From NCBI GenBank assembly GCA_964591325.1, contig CAZQAQ010000002.1:9892-61318 (forward strand): DNA of 51,427 bases, read 5' to 3'. Source of the DNA: an uncultured Candidatus Saccharibacteria bacterium (GTDB taxonomy: Bacteria; Patescibacteriota; Minisyncoccia; Phycocordibacterales; PALSA-1337). Below are positions 12,270-19,763 of this stretch, one piece after another; the stretch's first letter is position 1, and each line of letters opens with the position of its first letter. The notes beneath the pieces are model-generated. The model searched no databases and had not been told where the DNA came from. It worked only from the letters and a program-made list of their open reading frames with translations. Made by a program: the position numbers and the translations under genes.

Positions 12270-12341
12270 AGCGGGGTAGAGCAACAGTAGCTCGTCAGGC
12301 TCATAACCTGAAGATTGTCGGTGCAATTCCGACCTCCGCAA
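12270..12341 (+). tRNA. Initiator tRNA-fMet (anticodon CAU)
   Basis: AGCGGGG-TA-GAGC-AACAGTA-GCTC-G-TCAGG-CTCATAA-CCTGA-AGATT-GTCGG-TGCAATT-CCGAC-CTCCGCA-A. Close to E. coli tRNA-fMet as recalled. 1:72 mismatch (A x A) and A11:U24, both initiator hallmarks. No encoded CCA. Confidence 0.8.
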
Positions 12342-12357
12342 CAAGTATAAGTCAAAA

Positions 12358-12669
12358 ATGAATAATATAATTATTGAGATCGTAGTCCTATTTATCATCT
12401 TAGTGTTATATTTTTATACCGTTGATCCAAAAGATAATGTTAATTTTTTAAGAGCAATATTTTTATCTATTGTTCTAGTTTTTGCTAATTCATTACCTAT
12501 TTTTATGGGCGATTATAGTATTTTTGGTTGGGGAGTTGGTCTCATAATTTCACTTTATTCAATAATAAAAGTAACTGGACAAAGCGTAGTTGGTTCAATA
12601 TTTTTCCTTATAGTCTTAGAAATAGTTAGTTATGTCCTTCAAATTGGTTTAGTTAAATATATTCATTAA
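12358..12669 (+). CDS. Small hypothetical membrane protein
   Basis: 103 aa, three hydrophobic segments, starts 17 nt after the tRNA. No recognisable motif. Confidence 0.4.
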   Translation: MNNIIIEIVVLFIILVLYFYTVDPKDNVNFLRAIFLSIVLVFANSLPIFMGDYSIFGWGVGLIISLYSIIKVTGQSVVGSIFFLIVLEIVSYVLQIGLVKYIH

Positions 12670-12711
12670 ATATAGCTTTTTTTAGATATACAGTAGTGGT
12701 ATTATTGTGTA

Positions 12712-13413
12712 ATGAATTCAAAGGTTCGAAATGTTTCTGATAGTTTAATAAAAGATAGGCAAAATGGTTTGTCTATAATGGAACTTTCTTTAAAGTACAA
12801 TCTCTCTAAAAGTACTGTAAGTTTAATCTGTAAAAGGGTAGTAATGTCTAAAACTATAATCAATAAAAGGAAAAGACGTTGGTACGAATTAAATATTTTA
12901 TCTAGAAAGAAAGCAATAGAAAAAAATAAAAGTAATAGAGTTGAAAGAATAAAAAAGGAAAAATATATAGGGAGCAATATTGTGGGGGAATTATCGAATC
13001 GGGATTTACTAGTTGCTGGAATTTCTTTATATTGGGCTGAGGGTAGTAAAAAGGAAACAGGAGCTGGGTTTAATTTTATAAATTCAGATCCTAATATGAT
13101 ACTTTTTATGAATAACTGGTTAAAGAATGTCATAAACATTAAAAAACAAGACATATGCTTCAATTTGGTGATTAACTCTAGTCATAAATCAAGAGAAGAT
13201 CAGATATTGAAATTTTGGTCAAATTTGTTAGACTTGGAAATACAAGACTTTGGTAATACAGTATTTATCAATACAAAGTATAAAAGAGAGTATAAAAATC
13301 ATCAGGATTATACTGGAATGATAAGAATTAAAGTAAAGAAAAGTTCTTGGTTAAGAAGGAGAATTGTTGGTATGATAGACTCGTTTGGCGGTGGAGTAAT
13401 TAAGCCGATGTAG
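12712..13413 (+). CDS. HTH plus LAGLIDADG-like (homing-endonuclease-like) protein, paralog A
   Basis: N-terminal HTH-like segment (LSIMELSLKYNLSKSTVSLICKR) and a basic linker. Core LLVAGISLYWAEGSK...FINSDPNMILFMNNWL resembles the LAGLIDADG helix and following strand pattern. Paralogous to 13808-14368. The stop codon lies inside the next tRNA. Confidence 0.5.
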   Translation: MNSKVRNVSDSLIKDRQNGLSIMELSLKYNLSKSTVSLICKRVVMSKTIINKRKRRWYELNILSRKKAIEKNKSNRVERIKKEKYIGSNIVGELSNRDLLVAGISLYWAEGSKKETGAGFNFINSDPNMILFMNNWLKNVINIKKQDICFNLVINSSHKSREDQILKFWSNLLDLEIQDFGNTVFINTKYKREYKNHQDYTGMIRIKVKKSSWLRRRIVGMIDSFGGGVIKPM

Positions 13414-13477
13414 CTCAGGTGGCTAGAGCATCTCACTCATAAAGAGAAGGTCCCTGGTTCGAGTCCAGGCATCGGCA
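13404..13477 (+). tRNA. tRNA with anticodon CAU (elongator Met, or Ile2 if lysidine-modified)
   Basis: GCCGATG-TA-GCTC-AGGTGGCTA-GAGC-A-TCTCA-CTCATAA-AGAGA-AGGTC-CCTGG-TTCGAGT-CCAGG-CATCGGC-A. Perfect acceptor and T arms, one A x A mismatch at 31:39. Confidence 0.85.
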
Positions 13478-13582
13478 CACGTAAAATATAGCTATAATTT
13501 CACCCCTATTTTAAAAAATAGGAAATTGTGTATAATAGGAAAATAAGTATGTTTTATAGTAAAAACTATAGATATACCAAAT

Positions 13583-13656
13583 GCGCCCGTAGTTCAGCTG
13601 GCTAGAACGTTCCCCTGTCACGGGAAAGGCCGTGGGTTCGAGTCCCATCGGGCGCG
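13583..13656 (+). tRNA. tRNA-Asp (anticodon GUC)
   Basis: GCGCCCG-TA-GTTC-AGCTGGCTA-GAAC-G-TTCCC-CTGTCAC-GGGAA-AGGCC-GTGGG-TTCGAGT-CCCAT-CGGGCGC-G. Confidence 0.9.
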
Positions 13657-13807
13657 CAAATATAGTTAATGGGTTAAATTGGGACGAGAAAGCCGGACTG
13701 AGCAAAGGCGAAGGAGGCCGTTGCTATTTAGCGCTAAAATATAAAATTAAAAACCTATAATATATAATAAACTAAAAAATATAATATCACGTAAAAATTT
13801 ATATAAT

Positions 13808-14368
13808 TTGTATGTTAATGATAAGAAATCCACATTACAAATTGCAGAAATCTTATCTTGTTCTCAGGGTAAGATAAATTACTGGTTGAAAAAATATAAT
13901 ATACAAAAAAGAACAATATCTGATTCAATTTATCTTCTTAAAAATCCTAATGGTGATCCTTTTAAATTTAAAAAACCCTATAATATTAAATCTGGAATAT
14001 TATTTGGATTAGGGTTGGGATTATACTGGGGTGAGGGAGATAAGCGAGGTAATGAAGGTGCTAGATTATCCAATTCTGATCCAAAATTAATAAAGTCTTA
14101 TATAAATTTTTTGATTGAAACCTTAGGTATTGATAAAGAAAGATTAAGATTCAGTATTCAAATCCCACCGGATCTTTCATCTAAAGACACACTGAATTTC
14201 TGGATAAACGAGCTAAATTTAAATAAAAATCAATTTTATAAACCATATATTTTAAAAAAGAGAGGTAATGGTAGTTATAAAAATAAATCAAAATATGGAA
14301 CTATAATAGTTTATTTTAATAATATTAAACTAAAAAAACTAATTTGTAATCTAATTGATAAACTTTAA
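13808..14368 (+). CDS. HTH plus LAGLIDADG-like protein, paralog B
   Basis: STLQIAEILSCSQGKINYWLKKY HTH-like segment. GLGLYWGEGDK...LSNSDPKLIKSYINFLIETLGI aligns with paralog A. Only a TTG start and no obvious SD. Ends 24 nt before the intron-containing tRNA-Thr. Confidence 0.45.
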   Translation: MYVNDKKSTLQIAEILSCSQGKINYWLKKYNIQKRTISDSIYLLKNPNGDPFKFKKPYNIKSGILFGLGLGLYWGEGDKRGNEGARLSNSDPKLIKSYINFLIETLGIDKERLRFSIQIPPDLSSKDTLNFWINELNLNKNQFYKPYILKKRGNGSYKNKSKYGTIIVYFNNIKLKKLICNLIDKL

Positions 14369-14392
14369 TAAATAGACTATCATTAGAAATAA

Positions 14393-14645
14393 GCCGTTGT
14401 AGCTCAGTTGGTAGAGCACGTCATTGGTGGAACGTATAAATAACTGCCCATATATAGAGTAATTTATATATGAATCCCGAATTACGGTTAATAACCATAT
14501 TTATGGTCAAGACCGTGGCGTAAAAGCGCCCGAACGACTGACAAGGGTTTCCATAAAATTATGGAAAAAGATACAGGCTAGGCCTTTTTGTAAAAAAAGG
14601 TGTAAACGAATGACGAGGTCTCCGGTTCAATCCCGGACAACGGCT
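14393..14645 (+). tRNA. tRNA-Thr (anticodon GGU) interrupted by a 180-nt intron after position 36
   Basis: 5' exon 14393-14428: GCCGTTG-TA-GCTC-AGTTGGTA-GAGC-A-CGTCA-TTGGT. 3' exon 14609-14645: AA-TGACG-AGGTC-TCCGG-TTCAATC-CCGGA-CAACGGC-T. The joined exons give a canonical 73-nt cloverleaf with loop TTGGTAA, as in E. coli tRNA-Thr(GGU). Confidence 0.75.
14429..14608 (+). ncRNA. Compact ORF-less group-I-like intron in the tRNA-Thr anticodon loop
   Basis: U precedes the 5' splice site and the intron ends in G. Helices read by eye: P1 GGU/GCC (14426-28 with 14446-48), P2 14449-14472, P4 ACGGT/ACCGT (14484-88 with 14512-16), P5 ACCAT/ATGGT (14494-14507), P6 GGCG/CGCC (14517-14530), P8 TTTCCATA/TATGGAAA (14548-14567), an AAGATA J8/7-like string (14568-73) and P9 CCTTTTT/AAAAAGG (14583-14600). 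P7 (GACTG with CAGGC) is imperfect. Confidence 0.55.
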
Positions 14646-14668
14646 CTGTTTATTTCATTTCTATCTGT

Positions 14669-15730
14669 TTAAGGCTTATAAACACTTAAAACTATATCTT
14701 TTTTAGGATCAGCAATCCAAACATTTGTATTGTATGCAGGAACTGTAGATGTAACTTCTATTGTTTTTGGTCTAAGGATAATATCATCTGAATCACTGAT
14801 TTTAAATAAAACTATACAATCTTGTCTGCCAGATTTATCTGGGCCATCTTGTTTTGATGTTCCAGAGTACATAACAGTACCAAAAAAGCTTACTATGCTC
14901 ATTTTCATCTCTGAACACATAAGAGGTCTTTCTACTTTTGTGGTTATTTTATTATCACTTTTATCCAGTACAACTTTGTCACCTGAAAGGTGAATTTTAA
15001 CTGTAAAAGTTTTATTTCCGGAGTTCAATCTATTATCTCTAATTAAAAAATCATAAGTACTTCTAGCTGATATATCAATATATGTTGTAGTGTCCCCAAT
15101 TGTTGCGTCACCATTAAGTGATCCACCGCCGAGTAATAGATCAGATGGTGGGTATGATTGCATTGCTTCAGCACATGATGATATAGCATCATTTCCGAAG
15201 GTTTTTTTAGTTACGGGACCATTTCTATCGTCTGCATTATAGGTAAATTTTGACGCTGTCTTATCTATAAAGTTAAGTACGCAATTTTGATAAATATATG
15301 ATTTGCCATATGTTTTTTGATAAAATCCTGGAAGAGACTCTTTTTTATTGTAATTTTCTTTTGAATAGTCAATATCATCTGGGTCAATCTCGCTAGTATC
15401 ATCTCTGCTTTTTGTTACTTCCTGTTTAATTTTATTAGATTTTGAATATTCAAAATCTATTCTAGAAACATCGTTTCTGCTAGTGTTGGGGTTTAGTGAA
15501 TTTAGTTTTGTTTTTATAGTTTTTGAAAGTTTGTATGAGTACGTTGATGGGTATATATCTGCTCTAAGTGGCCAAGAACCACCAGCTTTTGCAAGTTGAG
15601 TATCGGTGTTTACAAGTCCTAATACTTTTTCTATATTGTTATTTGGTATGGTCCAGATTGATACCAATGATATGATTGCTAATATAAAAGCTGATAATAA
15701 TTTTTTAGTCTGACTATTTTTCTTACTCAT
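14669..15730 (-). CDS. Hypothetical secreted or membrane-anchored protein
   Basis: 353 aa. N-terminal signal/anchor LLSAFILAIISLVSIWTIP. Polar Ser/Thr/Asp/Lys-rich body. No motif recognised. Confidence 0.6.
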   Translation of the reverse strand: MSKKNSQTKKLLSAFILAIISLVSIWTIPNNNIEKVLGLVNTDTQLAKAGGSWPLRADIYPSTYSYKLSKTIKTKLNSLNPNTSRNDVSRIDFEYSKSNKIKQEVTKSRDDTSEIDPDDIDYSKENYNKKESLPGFYQKTYGKSYIYQNCVLNFIDKTASKFTYNADDRNGPVTKKTFGNDAISSCAEAMQSYPPSDLLLGGGSLNGDATIGDTTTYIDISARSTYDFLIRDNRLNSGNKTFTVKIHLSGDKVVLDKSDNKITTKVERPLMCSEMKMSIVSFFGTVMYSGTSKQDGPDKSGRQDCIVLFKISDSDDIILRPKTIEVTSTVPAYNTNVWIADPKKDIVLSVYKP

Positions 15731-15799
15731 TGTTATGTATAAAATGATAATGTTGATATTATAGCATTATCAGAAAGTTTACTGCTGTGCAATATAATT

Positions 15800-15828
15800 T
15801 TGACTCAAACCTAGTTGTGCTGTATAGT
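15800..15828 (+). promoter_or_regulatory. Near-consensus sigma-70-type promoter
   Basis: TTGACT (15800-15805), 17-nt spacer, TATAGT (15823-15828). Lies 16 nt upstream of the small-ORF ATG (15845), which is preceded by an AGGAGG SD. Confidence 0.5.
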
Positions 15829-15844
15829 ATTGTAGGAGGTAAAA

Positions 15845-16039
15845 ATGAAAACTAAAAACAACTACGGTGTGTCATCGTCTGACAGTAATGCAATTACGAT
15901 CGTCTGGTTGTTGTTGGTCGCGACAATGTCTTTGGTATCTTTTTTTACAAAATCTTTTTCGTGCACAATCTTTTCAGTAATATGCCTTTTCTTTGGCAGG
16001 CAATATGTTTTGTGGGTCATCCGGGGATGTCGCCGGTAA
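15845..16039 (+). CDS. Small hydrophobic protein (64 aa), function unknown
   Basis: AGGAGGTAAAAATG start context, promoter upstream and hairpin terminator downstream. Two hydrophobic segments and a basic C-terminus (RGCRR). A 65-aa antisense ORF (15862-16059) is an alternative reading. Confidence 0.4.
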   Translation: MKTKNNYGVSSSDSNAITIVWLLLVATMSLVSFFTKSFSCTIFSVICLFFGRQYVLWVIRGCRR

Positions 16040-16042
16040 AAC

Positions 16043-16080
16043 ATAGGGGTTCGGATCATTCCGCACCCCTATTGATTTAT
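16043..16080 (+). terminator. Hairpin terminator after the small ORF
   Basis: ATAGGGGT-14 nt-ACCCCTAT followed by the T-rich TGATTTAT. Confidence 0.5.
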
Positions 16081-16183
16081 ATAATTTACCAGTACATTTT
16101 ATTTACATAGTTGATACTTTGTGTTTTGCTATTTAATTTTAAATATTGTTGTAACATTTAACTCTCTGTAAGAGTTATAATAT

Positions 16184-16789
16184 ATGAACGCCAATAACAA
16201 TATGAAAACACAATTAACAATAGATTATTCGGCGCTTGCCGACGAGGAAATATTTACTCAATCAATAGAAAAGCCTGAGCTTTTCAATGAAATAGTATTG
16301 AGGTATAAAAAGCCATTTCGTACGGCCGCTAGACGTATCTTAGGCATTGAAGATGCTGAAGATGCAGTACAGGAAGCATTCGTACGTATGTATATGAATT
16401 CTTCTAAGTACACAAAAAAAGAGGGAGTAAAGTTCTCTTCGTGGGCTTATTCTATACTTGTTAGAGTTTGCTATACGATGTATTCAAAAAATAAGAAGAG
16501 AATGACTTTTTCTCTTGATCCAGAAGTTGTAGGTGAAATAGAAGATTTCAATGTAAAAGATTTAAGAGAGTATGGTCTTGATAAAGACTATCTGTTGTCC
16601 CTTATCTCAAAATTACCTGTAATGCTAAAGAGGACTCTAGAACTATATATATTTGATCATAAAAGTGAAAAAGAAATTGCAAAACTTGAAGGAGTGTCTT
16701 ATGGGGTTGTGCGAACTCGTATTTCACGTGCAAAGGACAAACTCAAAGAACTTAATGTGGTATACTCAAAATATGAATATGAATCTTGA
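16184..16789 (+). CDS. ECF-type sigma-70 family RNA polymerase sigma factor
   Basis: Region 2 (DAEDAVQEAFVRMYMN...WAYSILVRV) and region 4 HTH (EKEIAKLEGVSYGVVRTRISRAKDKLKEL). Confidence 0.8.
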   Translation: MNANNNMKTQLTIDYSALADEEIFTQSIEKPELFNEIVLRYKKPFRTAARRILGIEDAEDAVQEAFVRMYMNSSKYTKKEGVKFSSWAYSILVRVCYTMYSKNKKRMTFSLDPEVVGEIEDFNVKDLREYGLDKDYLLSLISKLPVMLKRTLELYIFDHKSEKEIAKLEGVSYGVVRTRISRAKDKLKELNVVYSKYEYES

Positions 16790-17129
16790 AAATAGAACTT
16801 CAGAAGAAATAATGATGCGTATAAGTATGATATACAAGATAAAACGCATAGCTTTTTCTGAGTATACAAATACCTTTTTACTTTGTGGCCTTTTAGTGTA
16901 TACATTTTTTGTTGTTTCAGTTATAGATGTCTTTACAAATGCACTATCAGTACATTCTGTTTGGGGATCAATAATGTATTTTGCAAAATCACTCATTCAT
17001 TCTCAGTTTTCAGTTCAAATACTTGCTGGTTTAATACTCGTTGTATCACTCAGGTTTGCTATAAATTCTATTAGAAAAATATCAAGTTCAAATCTTGTAT
17101 CAAGACTTGCCACAAGAAGAGCAGTTTAA
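16773..17129 (+). CDS. Putative membrane anti-sigma factor
   Basis: ATG at 16773 overlaps the sigma factor stop. Short cytoplasmic N-terminus then two TM segments. The call rests on position only. Confidence 0.35.
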   Translation: MNMNLENRTSEEIMMRISMIYKIKRIAFSEYTNTFLLCGLLVYTFFVVSVIDVFTNALSVHSVWGSIMYFAKSLIHSQFSVQILAGLILVVSLRFAINSIRKISSSNLVSRLATRRAV

Positions 17130-17192
17130 TAAATTTTGTAGAAATTTTAATGCATTTATTTAAATGCAATTTTAAGTATATAATAGGTCATT

Positions 17193-18203
17193 ATGACCAA
17201 AAATATCAAAGAATTAGCTCCAAAAGTACTTGAATATATAAATAATTCAAAGTCTATACTTTTGCATTGTCATCCATCTCCAGATCCAGATAGTGTTGGT
17301 TCAGTTTTAGCAATGAAGTTTGTCCTAGAGAGTCTAAATAAAAAAGTAACAGTAATAAAAGGGGATTCAGATATTCCAGAAGCATTTAGTCATTTTCCTG
17401 GGTTCAGTGATATTGTTCAAAAGAATTATTTTGAAATTAATAAACAAGATTTTGATTTATTTTTGATTCTAGATTCTGGATCAATAAACATGGTGAGTAT
17501 GAAAGATGAGGTTAAGTTTGAAAATATGAAGACTGTTGTTATAGATCATCATTTTTCAAATAAAGGTTTTGGAGACTTTAGTTTAATAGACAGTAGCTAT
17601 ACTTCTACTGGTGAAATGCTTTTTGATATATTTAAATGTTGGAATATAGAAATTGATCACAATATTGCGGTAAATTTGTTTGTTGGTATGTATACCGATA
17701 CTGGAGGTTTCAAATACGAGGCTGTAACAATAAATACATATGAAATTGCTGCAAACTTGGTTAGAATTGCTCCAGATTTCCATAAATATTTATTTATAAT
17801 GGAAAATAGCAATAAGCCAGAAGATCTTAGGTTTCAGGGTTTGGCACTGTCGTCTATTACAAATTATTTAAATGACAATATAGCTATATCAGCTATCCCA
17901 TTAAATAAGCTAAAAGAAAATAACCTTTTGAATGCAAATCAGAAGATGTCACTACATAGTATTTCAAATATGTTAAAGTCGGTTATGGGTTGGAATATAG
18001 GGATATCATTGATAGAGCTAGAGCCAAATATTGTAAAAATAAGTTTTAGAACAAGAGATTCAGACATCTTTGATGTATCAAGATTAGCCGTGGCTTTGGG
18101 TGGAGGAGGTCATAAAGCAGCAGCAGGAGCAACACTCAAAATGTCTTGTGATGAAGCTGTAAAAAAAGTAGTTGAAACAGCTAAAATAATATATAATCTT
18201 TGA
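17193..18203 (+). CDS. nrnA: DHH/DHHA1 phosphoesterase (NrnA-like)
   Basis: HPSPDPDSVGS, DHH motif (VIDHHFS) and DHHA1 motif GGGGHKAAAGA. Confidence 0.8.
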   Translation: MTKNIKELAPKVLEYINNSKSILLHCHPSPDPDSVGSVLAMKFVLESLNKKVTVIKGDSDIPEAFSHFPGFSDIVQKNYFEINKQDFDLFLILDSGSINMVSMKDEVKFENMKTVVIDHHFSNKGFGDFSLIDSSYTSTGEMLFDIFKCWNIEIDHNIAVNLFVGMYTDTGGFKYEAVTINTYEIAANLVRIAPDFHKYLFIMENSNKPEDLRFQGLALSSITNYLNDNIAISAIPLNKLKENNLLNANQKMSLHSISNMLKSVMGWNIGISLIELEPNIVKISFRTRDSDIFDVSRLAVALGGGGHKAAAGATLKMSCDEAVKKVVETAKIIYNL

Positions 18204-18204
18204 T

Positions 18205-18873
18205 ATGGAAAATGATAATAATCAAAATGTAGATAATGGTAACACTAGGCTAGCATTCGGTTTATTCTTTGTGGCTATAATAGTCTTAATAATTGGGTAT
18301 TTCTGGTGGTCAGGAAAAAAACAGGATATACCAAGTAGTCAAAATAGTCAGATAACACAAAATAATCAAACAATACCAAATAAAAATTTTATGCATAAAG
18401 TAACAATTGAAACAAATAAAGGAGTTATAGTTTTTGAAACATATGATTTAGACGCACCTAAAACAGTTAAAAACTTTATTGATCTAGCAAATAAAGGCTT
18501 TTATGATGGAGTAATATTTCATAGAGTAATAAAGAACTTTATGATTCAAGGAGGTGATCCAACAGGAACAGGTATGGGTGGTCCTGGATATACTTTTGAA
18601 GATGAACTAAATTCTACAACACCATCATATATAAATGGTTATAAGAGAGGAGTTGTTGCTATGGCAAATGCTGGTCCAAATACAAATGGAAGTCAGTTTT
18701 TCATTCTTCATAAAGATTATCCTCTACCTCATAACTACACAATATTTGGAAATGTTACAAAAGGTATAGAAGTTGTAGATGCTATAGCAAATGTAAAGAC
18801 AAATGGTTCACCATACGATAAGCCTATAGAAAATGTAACAATGAATAAGGTTACGGTTGAAGAGGTTAAATAA
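18205..18873 (+). CDS. Membrane-anchored cyclophilin-type peptidyl-prolyl isomerase
   Basis: N-terminal TM anchor, then FHRVIKNFMIQGGDPTGTGMGGPGY...NGSQFFI. Confidence 0.9.
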   Translation: MENDNNQNVDNGNTRLAFGLFFVAIIVLIIGYFWWSGKKQDIPSSQNSQITQNNQTIPNKNFMHKVTIETNKGVIVFETYDLDAPKTVKNFIDLANKGFYDGVIFHRVIKNFMIQGGDPTGTGMGGPGYTFEDELNSTTPSYINGYKRGVVAMANAGPNTNGSQFFILHKDYPLPHNYTIFGNVTKGIEVVDAIANVKTNGSPYDKPIENVTMNKVTVEEVK

Positions 18874-18885
18874 ATAGTTCTATAA

Positions 18886-19755
18886 ATGAATAAAAAGAGA
18901 GATAAATACAGTGCGGTCTGGGTTTCTCATTCTTCTATGGGGGATTTTTTGAAATGCCCTTATGCTTATTATCTCCATAACATATACAAAGATCCTAAAA
19001 CTGGTAGAAAAATAAATATAGTAAACCCAAGTTTATCTCTAGGAGTTGCTGTTCATGAGGTACTAGAAGGTCTCGCAGATTTTCCTTTTGACAAAAGGTT
19101 TGAAAGGCCACTCTTGGAGACACTTGAGACAGAGTGGAAAAAAGTAAGTGGAAAAAAAGGCGGGTTTAAGACTATTGAAGAAGAAAATCAGTTTAAAGAA
19201 AGAGCTATTGGTATGATAAATAGAGTAGATAATAATAGAGAACCACTTTTACACAAGACTGTTAAAATAAAAGAAGGAAATAATGGTATGCCTCCAAATT
19301 TCTATCTTTCTGAAGAAGAAAATATTATTTTATGCGGTAAAGTAGATTGGCTTATTTATATACCACAAGATGATAGTGTACATATATTAGATTTTAAAAC
19401 AGGGAAAAATGAAGAAGACTCAGAATCATTACAATTACCTATTTACTCACTGTTATTGCATAATCTTCAAAAAAGAAAAGTTAGTGGTGCAAGTTACTGG
19501 TATATAGATAGAGATGATAAACCGATAGAAGTTGATCTGCCTAGTATAGAAGAATCGTATGAAAAGGTTTTTAAAGTAGCTCATAAAATCAGCAAAGAAA
19601 GAGAAATAGCAAAAGAAATACCGCCTGAAGAAGTATTTTTGTGCCCAAGAGGCGAAAAAGGATGTTTTTCTTGCAATCCTTTTAGGAAAATTATAAAAGG
19701 GGAGGCAAACTATATTGGTGTTGGAGATATGAGGCAAGATTTGTACATGTTATAA
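18886..19755 (+). CDS. PD-(D/E)XK nuclease with Cas4/AddB-like Fe-S cysteines
   Basis: One N-terminal Cys (KCPYAYY), GKVDWL...ILDFKTGK, QLPIYSLLL (QxxxY), and a C-terminal CPRGEKGCFSC. Confidence 0.6.
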   Translation: MNKKRDKYSAVWVSHSSMGDFLKCPYAYYLHNIYKDPKTGRKINIVNPSLSLGVAVHEVLEGLADFPFDKRFERPLLETLETEWKKVSGKKGGFKTIEEENQFKERAIGMINRVDNNREPLLHKTVKIKEGNNGMPPNFYLSEEENIILCGKVDWLIYIPQDDSVHILDFKTGKNEEDSESLQLPIYSLLLHNLQKRKVSGASYWYIDRDDKPIEVDLPSIEESYEKVFKVAHKISKEREIAKEIPPEEVFLCPRGEKGCFSCNPFRKIIKGEANYIGVGDMRQDLYML

Positions 19756-19763
19756 AATACATT

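Noticed and set aside
12195-12398. Listed 67-aa minus-strand ORF
   Set aside because: It is antisense to the initiator tRNA gene.
12702-13163. Listed 153-aa minus-strand ORF
   Set aside because: It overlaps the LAGLIDADG-like paralog A entirely. The plus-strand reading has a paralog at 13808-14368 and recognisable motifs, while the minus-strand product is low-complexity hydrophobic.
13511-13705. Listed 64-aa minus-strand ORF
   Set aside because: It is antisense to tRNA-Asp and the adjacent G+C-rich element, and has no start context.
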